From NCBI GenBank assembly GCA_016214895.1, contig JACRMR010000025.1, positions 142,222 to 206,221 on the forward strand: DNA of 64,000 nt, given 5' to 3'. Below the pieces are notes generated by a model, which was not told the origin of the DNA, made no database searches, and worked only from the letters and a program-made list of their open reading frames with translations. Below are positions 8,656-16,011 of the stretch, one piece after another. This DNA comes from Candidatus Zhuqueibacterota bacterium (GTDB lineage: Bacteria; Electryoneota; RPQS01). How positions within the stretch are numbered: position 1 is the first letter of the stretch; each line of letters starts with the position of its first letter. Made by a program: the position numbers and the translations under genes.

Positions 8656-11600
8656 CTACTTTTGGGGCGCACTCTCCGGCGGTGGCAGACCAACATACAT
8701 CAGGTACATTTCCACGCCGGCTACATCCAGCCCCTGCTCCCCGTCGTCAACCACCGTCACCGGGCCTACCGGGAAACCACCGCGGTACACAGGAAGGCCG
8801 ATCGTGGCGCGATCGACGTCCAGAATGTACTTACCCGGCCGCAATTCGCCAAGATAGAACGTCCCGTCGTCATACGTGATCGATTCCTGCTTGAGCGCGC
8901 CAAGCGTGTCCTTGGCGATGACGCGCACGCCGGCCACGCCGGTCATCCGCGTCGTGTCCGATGGATCCTTGCCCAGCAGCGTGCCGGAGATGGATCCCAG
9001 CTTCGTGACCGCCAGCCGTGAGGGCGAAATCGAGCCCGGTTCCACATCCACCCACTGCTGTCCGCCCGCCGCCGTGTAATCCACCGGCAACTTCTTGGGA
9101 TCGAGCACCACACGGAGCTTGCGCTTGGACGACATGCCGCTGAGCAGGAACTCCCCATGCTTGCCGCTCACCGCGCGGCGACCGCCGTCCGTCACCACCT
9201 CGACACCGGGAACGCCGGGCTCGCGATGATCCCGCAGGCCATTACCGTTTTGATCCAGATAGACCCGTCCCTTGATCCCGCCGCTGGTCGGATTGAGCTT
9301 GGAATTCGGAATCAGGAACGGCGCGCCGCCGACAAAACTCAGGATCGGCTCGAACTTCAGGCCGAGCGAAAACACCCATTCGCCGGTAAGGTTTCGCGCG
9401 ATCCCCGTGATGCGACTGGTACCCGTGCGATCGAAATACCATTCCGGCTGAAGCTGAGTGAACCACTCCTCACTCTGCCAGTCGTACCCAACATCGTAAC
9501 GCCAGGTCAAGTGACTGGTGTCGGATGCCCGCAAGATGTGCGATAGCTGCGACCGCTCGCGAAATTCCGATTTGGTATGATTGAGCGAGATCTGACCGTT
9601 CTTCAAGAGCTTGCGCGAAGCCTGCGCATTCCAGCCGGGGCGATTGGACGATACCGAGTTCGGCAAGTTGAAGCCGCGCATCAAATCCGTCTCGTCGCGC
9701 TTCTGCAGCTCCTCACCCAGCGAGGCCGCGGCGGAAAGTTCCACAATGCGCAGCGACGTGGACATCAGATCCAGACGCGCCAGATAGCGAGGCTTGAGGT
9801 TTGTGTCCCGAACGCCCAGCCACGGCTTCAGCTCGGTTCTGGTTTCCAGACGGTCGCCGGAAAAACGGAGCGCGGTGCCGCGCACCAGCACCGGCAGCGG
9901 AAAATCAGCATGACTCCACCACTGGCGAGTTGTAGTGTCCGCCTGCTCGCCCGCATTGTCCCAGAGTTCGCCGTGGGTCAGCGTCACGCGCATGCCGCGC
10001 GAAATCTGAAAACGCGTCGTCAGCGCATAGCCGCGACGATCGGCAACGTCCGTATTCGACCCGTCAAAATACGACGAGTCGTAGTGAAAAACGAGCGGCC
10101 GAAGTTTGAGCCATTGGCCGAAGTACGCGTCGAAGCTCGCGCGCAGAGCCAACTGGCGTTCCCCCCACGGCACCGACGAGAACGGAATCCAGGGCACCAC
10201 GGTCGTATCGCCCGCGCTGCGCGATTCATAGTTCGAATCGTATCGCCCGCGGGTCTGAGCCACCGACACCTGCAACAGGTCGCGCTTGAAAAAGCGGATC
10301 CGCGACTCGACGCCCTCGTGTTCGCTTTCGCGGGGCGCGAGGCCGCTGCGCGACGTCGTGGCTGCTTGGTCGAGGTCGAACAGGTAGGCATGACGGTCTT
10401 GATAGCCGCCCGTGAGGCCCAGCGTCCAGAATGGAGTAATTCCATAGAGCAATCGTCCGCCATAGACCGCGCCCTGTGTGTTCCAGAATTCCCCGGTCGT
10501 CAGGCGGCGTTGTCCGCCGACCGCGTTGATTAACGTCTGTCCACGACGCAGTAACGCTGTCGTACCGACCGCGTCGCGATAGCGCTCCTTCACCGTGCCG
10601 TCGGGTTCCGTGATGACTACGCGAAAATCCGTCTGTCGATCACGGGTGGAGCGAACATCGAGGAATTCGTACGCGCCGTAGCCGGTTCGCGCCCAACGCT
10701 GCTCGGTTGCAACCTGCTCCCCGGCGTAGCGGTCGTTCACGTAAAGTTCGACCTTGCTCCCCAGCAGCGCCTGCCCGCGAACGGTTTCGCGCGTGGGAAA
10801 GACCTCCTGCCGCCCGAAATCGCTGCGATCGTCCTGCCGCTCGCGCTCGGTAAGGCCGAGGAGTCCCGTGACGCTCACCCCCATGGCCGAGGACGCCGGA
10901 TAGACGAGATCGCTCAAACCAAATTGGACGTCGCCGAGCGACGTTTCCAGGTCACCAAGCCGATGCGTCAGCGAGACGCGGTCCATGGTCAGCGCCGACG
11001 ACAGCTCGTTGGCCTGTTGACGCAGCCGCGCTTCATAACGCCCCCCCGCCAGCCGGCCCCACCCGCTCAGCGTTTTCTGCAAGCGCAAATCATCGTTGTT
11101 TGACTGAGTGGCGCGAATGCCGGGCTGCAGCATGTGGAGCCGCGGGTCGCCCAGTTGGGACGGCCCACTGGGTTCCACCAGCGGCAAATCGGCTCCAATT
11201 TCCGGCAGCTTGTCGAGCGACTTCTTGTCCGCGCCGCCGCCCGAGCTCGCCAGCTTCCAGGCCGGATACACGCTCGTGCTCGAGCCCTCAAGTGCGTAAT
11301 TCTCCTCGCGCCACTTGAGTTTGATGTTGAGCAGGGAGTCCACTTCGCTGATCGCCACAAACACATCGCGCTCGCCGGTCAGGTCGCTGACCCCATAGAC
11401 CATCTCGAGCGGCCGTGCGGTCTGGCCCGCCTTGCTGACCGTCCGCTGCGAGATGATGATCCCGAAGTGCTCACCCTTTCCGCTCACAAACTGGAGCGTG
11501 TCCCCCGTTTCCGTCGTGGGGACGCCCAGCAAGTCGAGTAGGTGCAACAGCGGAATCAGCCGCGTCGTGTCATCCGGCTGCAACATGTCGAAATCGGTAG

Positions 11601-11784
11601 CGACAGTACGCTCGTAAACCTTCCCGCCCTGAATCTGCAGGCCGACAATCGTCGTCGAGACCGGCGGTTGCGCCACAGCGAGGCCTACACGAAGGAGCAT
11701 GTCGCAAGCGAACACCGCAAACAACAAAACTCCCGCGGTCGGGCGGCGCCTGCTGGCGCCTGCCGCAACGACGGGAGTTGGCAT
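8656..11784 (-). CDS. outer-membrane usher-like protein with C-terminal Ig-like (SdrD-B / CarboxypepD_reg-like) domains
   Basis: Track ORF is 8656..11877. ATG at 11784 is preferred because it avoids overlap with the upstream gene and gives a signal peptide (RRRPTAGVLLFAVFACDMLLRVGLAVA). Usher plug-like segment VRGQALLGSKVELYVNDRYAGEQV...YEFLDV...DFRVVITEPDGTV. A long run of amphipathic aromatic-ended strands follows. The C-terminus has GRVYLDQNGNGLRDHREPGVPGVEV and GTLLGKD...GVRV...DGTFYLGELRPGKY. Confidence 0.5.
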   Translation of the reverse strand: MPTPVVAAGASRRRPTAGVLLFAVFACDMLLRVGLAVAQPPVSTTIVGLQIQGGKVYERTVATDFDMLQPDDTTRLIPLLHLLDLLGVPTTETGDTLQFVSGKGEHFGIIISQRTVSKAGQTARPLEMVYGVSDLTGERDVFVAISEVDSLLNIKLKWREENYALEGSSTSVYPAWKLASSGGGADKKSLDKLPEIGADLPLVEPSGPSQLGDPRLHMLQPGIRATQSNNDDLRLQKTLSGWGRLAGGRYEARLRQQANELSSALTMDRVSLTHRLGDLETSLGDVQFGLSDLVYPASSAMGVSVTGLLGLTERERQDDRSDFGRQEVFPTRETVRGQALLGSKVELYVNDRYAGEQVATEQRWARTGYGAYEFLDVRSTRDRQTDFRVVITEPDGTVKERYRDAVGTTALLRRGQTLINAVGGQRRLTTGEFWNTQGAVYGGRLLYGITPFWTLGLTGGYQDRHAYLFDLDQAATTSRSGLAPRESEHEGVESRIRFFKRDLLQVSVAQTRGRYDSNYESRSAGDTTVVPWIPFSSVPWGERQLALRASFDAYFGQWLKLRPLVFHYDSSYFDGSNTDVADRRGYALTTRFQISRGMRVTLTHGELWDNAGEQADTTTRQWWSHADFPLPVLVRGTALRFSGDRLETRTELKPWLGVRDTNLKPRYLARLDLMSTSLRIVELSAAASLGEELQKRDETDLMRGFNLPNSVSSNRPGWNAQASRKLLKNGQISLNHTKSEFRERSQLSHILRASDTSHLTWRYDVGYDWQSEEWFTQLQPEWYFDRTGTSRITGIARNLTGEWVFSLGLKFEPILSFVGGAPFLIPNSKLNPTSGGIKGRVYLDQNGNGLRDHREPGVPGVEVVTDGGRRAVSGKHGEFLLSGMSSKRKLRVVLDPKKLPVDYTAAGGQQWVDVEPGSISPSRLAVTKLGSISGTLLGKDPSDTTRMTGVAGVRVIAKDTLGALKQESITYDDGTFYLGELRPGKYILDVDRATIGLPVYRGGFPVGPVTVVDDGEQGLDVAGVEMYLMYVGLPPPESAPQK

Positions 11785-11809
11785 CACGGGATCCGACCCT
11801 GCGCTTTCG

Positions 11810-12643
11810 CTACTTCGTGTGCTGCTCGGGCGGTGGAGGTGGCTCGGGTAGTGCGTCGGGAACTTCAACTTTCGCATGGCCGGTCAAGGTACTCTTTTCG
11901 TCGCGCTCCGAAGTATAGACAATCGAAAAATCGTAAGCGCCGGGTGGCACTTTCTCCGATATCTGAGTCGCGAAATAACGCTCAGAATGCGGAAAGAGCG
12001 ATAACCGCGGCGTATCGCCCTCCTCCACCAGCTTGCCCGTGGCGTCTTTGACCGTGTAGTGTCCGCGCTGCGGGATGCGGCCGTTGCCGATATTGCGAAG
12101 CAACGTGCGCACGTACACCCCCTGATGCGTGATCTCCGTGCGAACCGAATCCTGAACGAGGTCCCAGCGATGTTCGGGCTTGCCCTGGTCCGCGAGAATC
12201 GGAACCAGAATCGCGGTCACCGCGTGAATCTGCGACTTGCTGGAGGTATCCGCGGCTTGAACCGGACGAAACTCGATGCCGCCCCAATAGGAACCGTCCG
12301 GTAGGTTGGGCGGCGCCACCACGGCGAACCGAATCTGACGATCCTGTTTCGACCCGACGGTAAATTCCTGCGGGTTGATCTTTAACCAGCGGCCGAGCGA
12401 GGTTGAATCCAACTTCGCCGGAGCCAACTTGCCGGTCGAGTCCACCCGAAAATGCACGGGCGTAGCGCGGACGCGAATCGTCTCGTCCGCGGAATTGTTC
12501 AGCGTGAAGGCACCCGAAGCACGACCATCCGCGATCGTCAGTTCAACGACCGCCGGAGTCACGCGCATCGCCGCGAACAGCGCCTGACCGCAGCAGAACG
12601 CCGCGACAAGGCTCAGTAACGCCACAGAAGTTCGAGACCGCAT
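11810..12643 (-). CDS. periplasmic PapD-like pilus chaperone candidate
   Basis: 277-aa ORF with a signal peptide. Mature N-terminus MRVTPAVVELTIADGRASGAFTLNNSADETIRVRATP matches the PapD_N pattern (early Arg, then x-L-x-N-x-S-x-x-x-I). The size fits two Ig-like domains. Sits directly upstream of the usher-like gene. Confidence 0.5.
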   Translation of the reverse strand: MRSRTSVALLSLVAAFCCGQALFAAMRVTPAVVELTIADGRASGAFTLNNSADETIRVRATPVHFRVDSTGKLAPAKLDSTSLGRWLKINPQEFTVGSKQDRQIRFAVVAPPNLPDGSYWGGIEFRPVQAADTSSKSQIHAVTAILVPILADQGKPEHRWDLVQDSVRTEITHQGVYVRTLLRNIGNGRIPQRGHYTVKDATGKLVEEGDTPRLSLFPHSERYFATQISEKVPPGAYDFSIVYTSERDEKSTLTGHAKVEVPDALPEPPPPPEQHTK

Positions 12644-12739
12644 TAGAGTAGCTCCCGCTTAGAGACGATGCAGCCGGGCTCGCTTTTACAGGTACCCGGC
12701 TGCGGAAGACACAACCGAAATCGTTTGGCTTGTTCGCAG

Positions 12740-12759
12740 CGCTTTACGGTCGGCACGGA
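12740..12759. repeat. left copy of perfect 20-bp inverted repeat bracketing the pilin-like gene
   Basis: CGCTTTACGGTCGGCACGGA on the plus strand. Its exact reverse complement is at 13451..13470. Both copies are in non-coding spacers. Confidence 0.85.
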
Positions 12760-12788
12760 GGAACCCGCGTTACAAACAGTCCAGTCAG

Positions 12789-12820
12789 GCCTGGCTGCCC
12801 TCGCAAGAGGGCAACCAGGC
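12789..12820 (-). terminator. strong hairpin downstream of pilin-like gene
   Basis: On minus-strand RNA, GCCUGGUUGCCCUC-UUGC-GAGGGCAGCCAGGC forms a 14-bp stem with one G-U pair. On the plus strand the same position would be a C-A mismatch, which favours function in the minus-strand transcript. No clear U tract. Confidence 0.5.
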
Positions 12821-12830
12821 TGCGTAAGAA

Positions 12831-13391
12831 TTACAGGTCGCCGATGTAAGCCCAGAAGGCCACAAAGCCCGAGTATTCGCCTTGCGGCTTCTCGGGGTCC
12901 GCCTGGAACCAGCACGGATTCACATAGACATCCTGGCTGAAGTAGCCCGGCTGGCTGGATTCGAACACGATGTACTCGGTCATCCAACCCAGGAAACCCC
13001 AAACTTCGAAGGGCTCCGTGTAGTCGGCGATAGCGTCGCCACCCTGCAGCGGGTTGGCATCGGTCGGCTGAATCCAGACACCCCACTCCCGGTCCACAGG
13101 GATCGGCAGAACCATGGGGTCCGTCGGATCATCACCCTTATAAAGATGGGTGACGCCAACGCAGAAGGCAGCCTGCTCAACGTTCGCATCGCAGCGGAAC
13201 GTCAAGTAGCCGTTGATCTGGCCAGTCTGAATCGTGGACAGGTCAACATTCGGGGTCAGAACATCAACGGAGATGTTCGGATTCACGGTCACATACACAT
13301 GCGCAATCGCATGGCCCTGCGTGTCGGCCATCGCCATACCGGCGAAAGCGAACAGGGCAACAGCAACGAGAGTAATGAAGCGAGCCAGCAT
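12831..13391 (-). CDS. small secreted pilin-like protein (candidate major subunit)
   Basis: Track ORF is 12831..13409. ATG at 13391 lies 9 nt after GAGGAGG. Signal peptide MLARFITLVAVALFAFAGMAMA. Mature N-terminus has alternating hydrophobics (AIAHVYVTV). One Cys pair (FRCDANVEQAAFC). C-terminal strand GEYSGFVAFWAYIG. Confidence 0.4.
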   Translation of the reverse strand: MLARFITLVAVALFAFAGMAMADTQGHAIAHVYVTVNPNISVDVLTPNVDLSTIQTGQINGYLTFRCDANVEQAAFCVGVTHLYKGDDPTDPMVLPIPVDREWGVWIQPTDANPLQGGDAIADYTEPFEVWGFLGWMTEYIVFESSQPGYFSQDVYVNPCWFQADPEKPQGEYSGFVAFWAYIGDL

Positions 13392-13450
13392 TTTCTCAAT
13401 CCTCCTCAAGTTAGCGTCGTTTAACGCACAATCGGTTTTCGATCGGATTT

Positions 13451-13470
13451 TCCGTGCCGACCGTAAAGCG
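13451..13470. repeat. right copy of perfect 20-bp inverted repeat bracketing the pilin-like gene
   Basis: TCCGTGCCGACCGTAAAGCG on the plus strand is the reverse complement of 12740..12759. Confidence 0.85.
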
Positions 13471-13540
13471 TACGTTAACCTTCCAATTCGGTTATCTCAA
13501 ACGTGTCAAAATCAAATTCGTCCTCGGAAATCGAGCCGGC

Positions 13541-14485
13541 CTACTGCCGTACACCCAACTCCACACTCACATCCACCGCCACCTGCGCGCCAAAATTCCC
13601 CATGCTGCGCATGCCCAACTCCGCGCACTGAAACAGCACCGGAACATCGACTTCCACCAGCCCGAACGGCTCGGGACCCTCACCTCGCGCAAGCACGGTG
13701 GGTTCCAGGCAGACCTCCGCCAACACCGGACACAAACTTTCCCAATCCGCCCCGGTCTCGACAACCCAGGACATCACGCTGTGGCTCAGCTGGTCACCGG
13801 ATTCGTCGTCGATCAACTCCCCGACCCACGTCAGACTCATCGACCACGGTGCATTGCTGCGCACGTGGACGGGAAACAACTCGCTGTAAACGTCGGAATG
13901 GGGATCAGAAACTTCCAGAAAGATCCACGCGAACGGCAACGTGAGTTCAACCCACGGCAGGACCTCAAATTCAAAGAGCACGGCCACCGGATCTGATACC
14001 AGCTGCCCCGTCTCGCGATTCTCCAGTGCAAAGTCAAGGAACGCCCGATAGACTCCGGGCGGATCGGCAGGATCAAGATAGTCCACAAGCCGCTGCTGCA
14101 AAACGTCCCACCCGAACGTCCACGTCTGCTCTTCAGCGCTGCCCGGCCCATACTCTACCTGAAACCACTGGAAACCGACAAACTCGTCGCTGACATCCGG
14201 GAACAGCGACCGCGCCCGATCCATCGGCAATTCCAACCCATCGTCAATCCGCCGCACCGGCTCATTCAGCCGCCCCACCAGACGCCATTGCTGATCGAGC
14301 GTGAACCGAAAATCCGTGGACCCAAGCGTGATCAAATCCTGGGTATGATCCTCGGCACAGAATGAGCCGAGCACTACCTGAGCATCACTCACATCCAGTC
14401 TGACCTGCGCGCTACCCACCCCAGCCACGATGAAAATCAGCGCGACCAGCCACCGCCATTGACCTGTTTTTCGGCGATTGGGCAT
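13541..14485 (-). CDS. secreted hypothetical protein, first gene of CU-like operon
   Basis: 314-aa ORF. N-terminal signal/TM segment WRWLVALIFIVAGVGSAQV. Acidic, Trp-rich. C-terminal strand GNFGAQVAVDVSVELG. No recognisable catalytic motif. Confidence 0.5.
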   Translation of the reverse strand: MPNRRKTGQWRWLVALIFIVAGVGSAQVRLDVSDAQVVLGSFCAEDHTQDLITLGSTDFRFTLDQQWRLVGRLNEPVRRIDDGLELPMDRARSLFPDVSDEFVGFQWFQVEYGPGSAEEQTWTFGWDVLQQRLVDYLDPADPPGVYRAFLDFALENRETGQLVSDPVAVLFEFEVLPWVELTLPFAWIFLEVSDPHSDVYSELFPVHVRSNAPWSMSLTWVGELIDDESGDQLSHSVMSWVVETGADWESLCPVLAEVCLEPTVLARGEGPEPFGLVEVDVPVLFQCAELGMRSMGNFGAQVAVDVSVELGVRQ

Positions 14486-14563
14486 CTCTGTTTGACAGGA
14501 TTATCCAAGGATCAGACGAACACTGTCAGCCTTACCATGACTCACTTCTGCCGATATCAATAT

Positions 14564-14582
14564 GATCAACTTAGATCAACTT
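14564..14582. promoter_or_regulatory. tandem direct repeat GATCAACTT x2 (10-bp phasing) upstream of CU-like operon
   Basis: GATCAACTT at 14564..14572 and 14574..14582, about 80-95 bp upstream of the ATG at 14485. This spacing is typical of winged-helix response-regulator sites. No binding protein is identified. Confidence 0.3.
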
Positions 14583-15231
14583 TCACCCGGCAAAACTCCC
14601 CAATTATCCGGCGATACTGCACTTAGGGTCAGTAAAATTAAGGCCATAGTGCTCGTCTATATCATGGGGCCATGATGCTTGACAGGTACCAATATACCCT
14701 TATCGCATGTAATTGTCAACGGTTCGCACTACCCAAATCCCCCGGTGCAAATTCCTCCACATTACTCCAAACTCGCGCTATCCTTGAACTTCCATACGGA
14801 CTGCTATAAACAGGAGAGGCACCTCCTAAGTTTCGCAATATTAAGACCCCACCCGTCCAAATATGACGCAGCCCGCCACGGCAAGCCTTCTCTGCGCTTG
14901 CTCCGCTCGAATCCACTTCACGAGCGCAAATCGAACCGGGAATTCCATGTTCTATACATCGCTATATGCACACACCGCACAAACAGATGTCCCATCGAAG
15001 CTTGTACGGTTCCCCTGCCTTTCAACTTGTTGAGCATCCGGTCGCTGGTGATCGGCTCCGCACTTCTACATCACTTCGTCAACCGCAACTCCGGGCAAGT
15101 TGTCGCGACCGCCGACGCAACCGAAATACAAGAGGCACCGGAGCTGCCCCCGGATCGGACTCGCAAATCCTCCTGCCCGTTACTCGGCCAAATGGTCCGC
15201 GATCTCCATGAATAGTGATCCACATTGCCTA

Positions 15232-15261
15232 TTGCGAAGTGTTGTAGTCGGAGCGTATATT
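15232..15261 (+). promoter_or_regulatory. candidate sigma70-like promoter of the 15307 operon
   Basis: TTGCGA, 18-nt spacer, TATATT. About 45 nt upstream of the ATG at 15307. Confidence 0.3.
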
Positions 15262-15306
15262 GAGGCGTATGATGTACCGTTGCACGAAGCTGATTTACTG
15301 ACCCAG

Positions 15307-16011
15307 ATGAATCCGAGACCCAGAAACCCATGGTTTTGCGTGCTGATCTCCACGGCCGTGCTCGTCGCCACGATGCGGTGGGTCCAGGCTCAGCCGGGAC
15401 CGCTGCAAAACTACGACTTCACGATCGCCGCGGGAACGACCGGCGCACCGACTTACACCCCCTTCGCGGTAAGCTATCATCCCTACCAGAACGGGTCGCC
15501 GACCGATAGCGTCAAACATATCCTGACCACCCAGCTTGTCGAAGGCACCAGTGCCACGGCGGACCGCGTCATTGATGTCACGGCCGGCGGTTATGCCTAC
15601 CGCAGCGGCGGGGTGTGGAACGGGACCCTGAATCTCCTGCGCAACAAGCGCGCGTTCATGATCCTGAATCGGCATGAGCAACGCGAGATTGTCCTCACCG
15701 GGTACCCGGTGGACAGCGTAACCTACATTTCACCGATGCCCGAAGGAGAGTGGCGAGCGATCGGTCCGCGCATGGCCGGAAATAAACCGGTCGAGGCGGT
15801 CGGCTTGATTACCTACGGTTTCCACAAAACTCAGAACATGCGCGCCGGCGGAGACCTTATTATCGACATGGTGACACGGAAAATCGCGCGCTGCGATTCG
15901 ACGGATGGCTGGATCGGGCCGCTCGACTCGCTCTATGTGGGCCATCCGCTCATCATTCAAACGGTGTTCCCCGCGACGTTTGACTGGACTTATGCGCCGG
16001 GGCAGCCATGA
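15307..16011 (+). CDS. secreted hypothetical protein
   Basis: Track ORF is 15100..16011. ATG at 15307 gives a signal peptide (MNPRPRNPWFCVLISTAVLVATMRWVQA). ATGA overlap with the next gene indicates an operon. Confidence 0.5.
   Translation: MNPRPRNPWFCVLISTAVLVATMRWVQAQPGPLQNYDFTIAAGTTGAPTYTPFAVSYHPYQNGSPTDSVKHILTTQLVEGTSATADRVIDVTAGGYAYRSGGVWNGTLNLLRNKRAFMILNRHEQREIVLTGYPVDSVTYISPMPEGEWRAIGPRMAGNKPVEAVGLITYGFHKTQNMRAGGDLIIDMVTRKIARCDSTDGWIGPLDSLYVGHPLIIQTVFPATFDWTYAPGQP

Noticed and set aside
11785-11877. N-terminal extension of the usher-like ORF overlapping the chaperone gene by 68 nt.
   Set aside because: The extension (MRKLKFPTHYPSHLHRPSSTRSS...) is not signal-peptide-like. The ATG at 11784 is followed by a proper signal sequence and avoids the overlap.
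15100-15306. Upstream extension of the 15307 ORF (track start 15100).
   Set aside because: The extension is basic and low-complexity, with no signal peptide. The internal ATG at 15307 begins a classical signal sequence.
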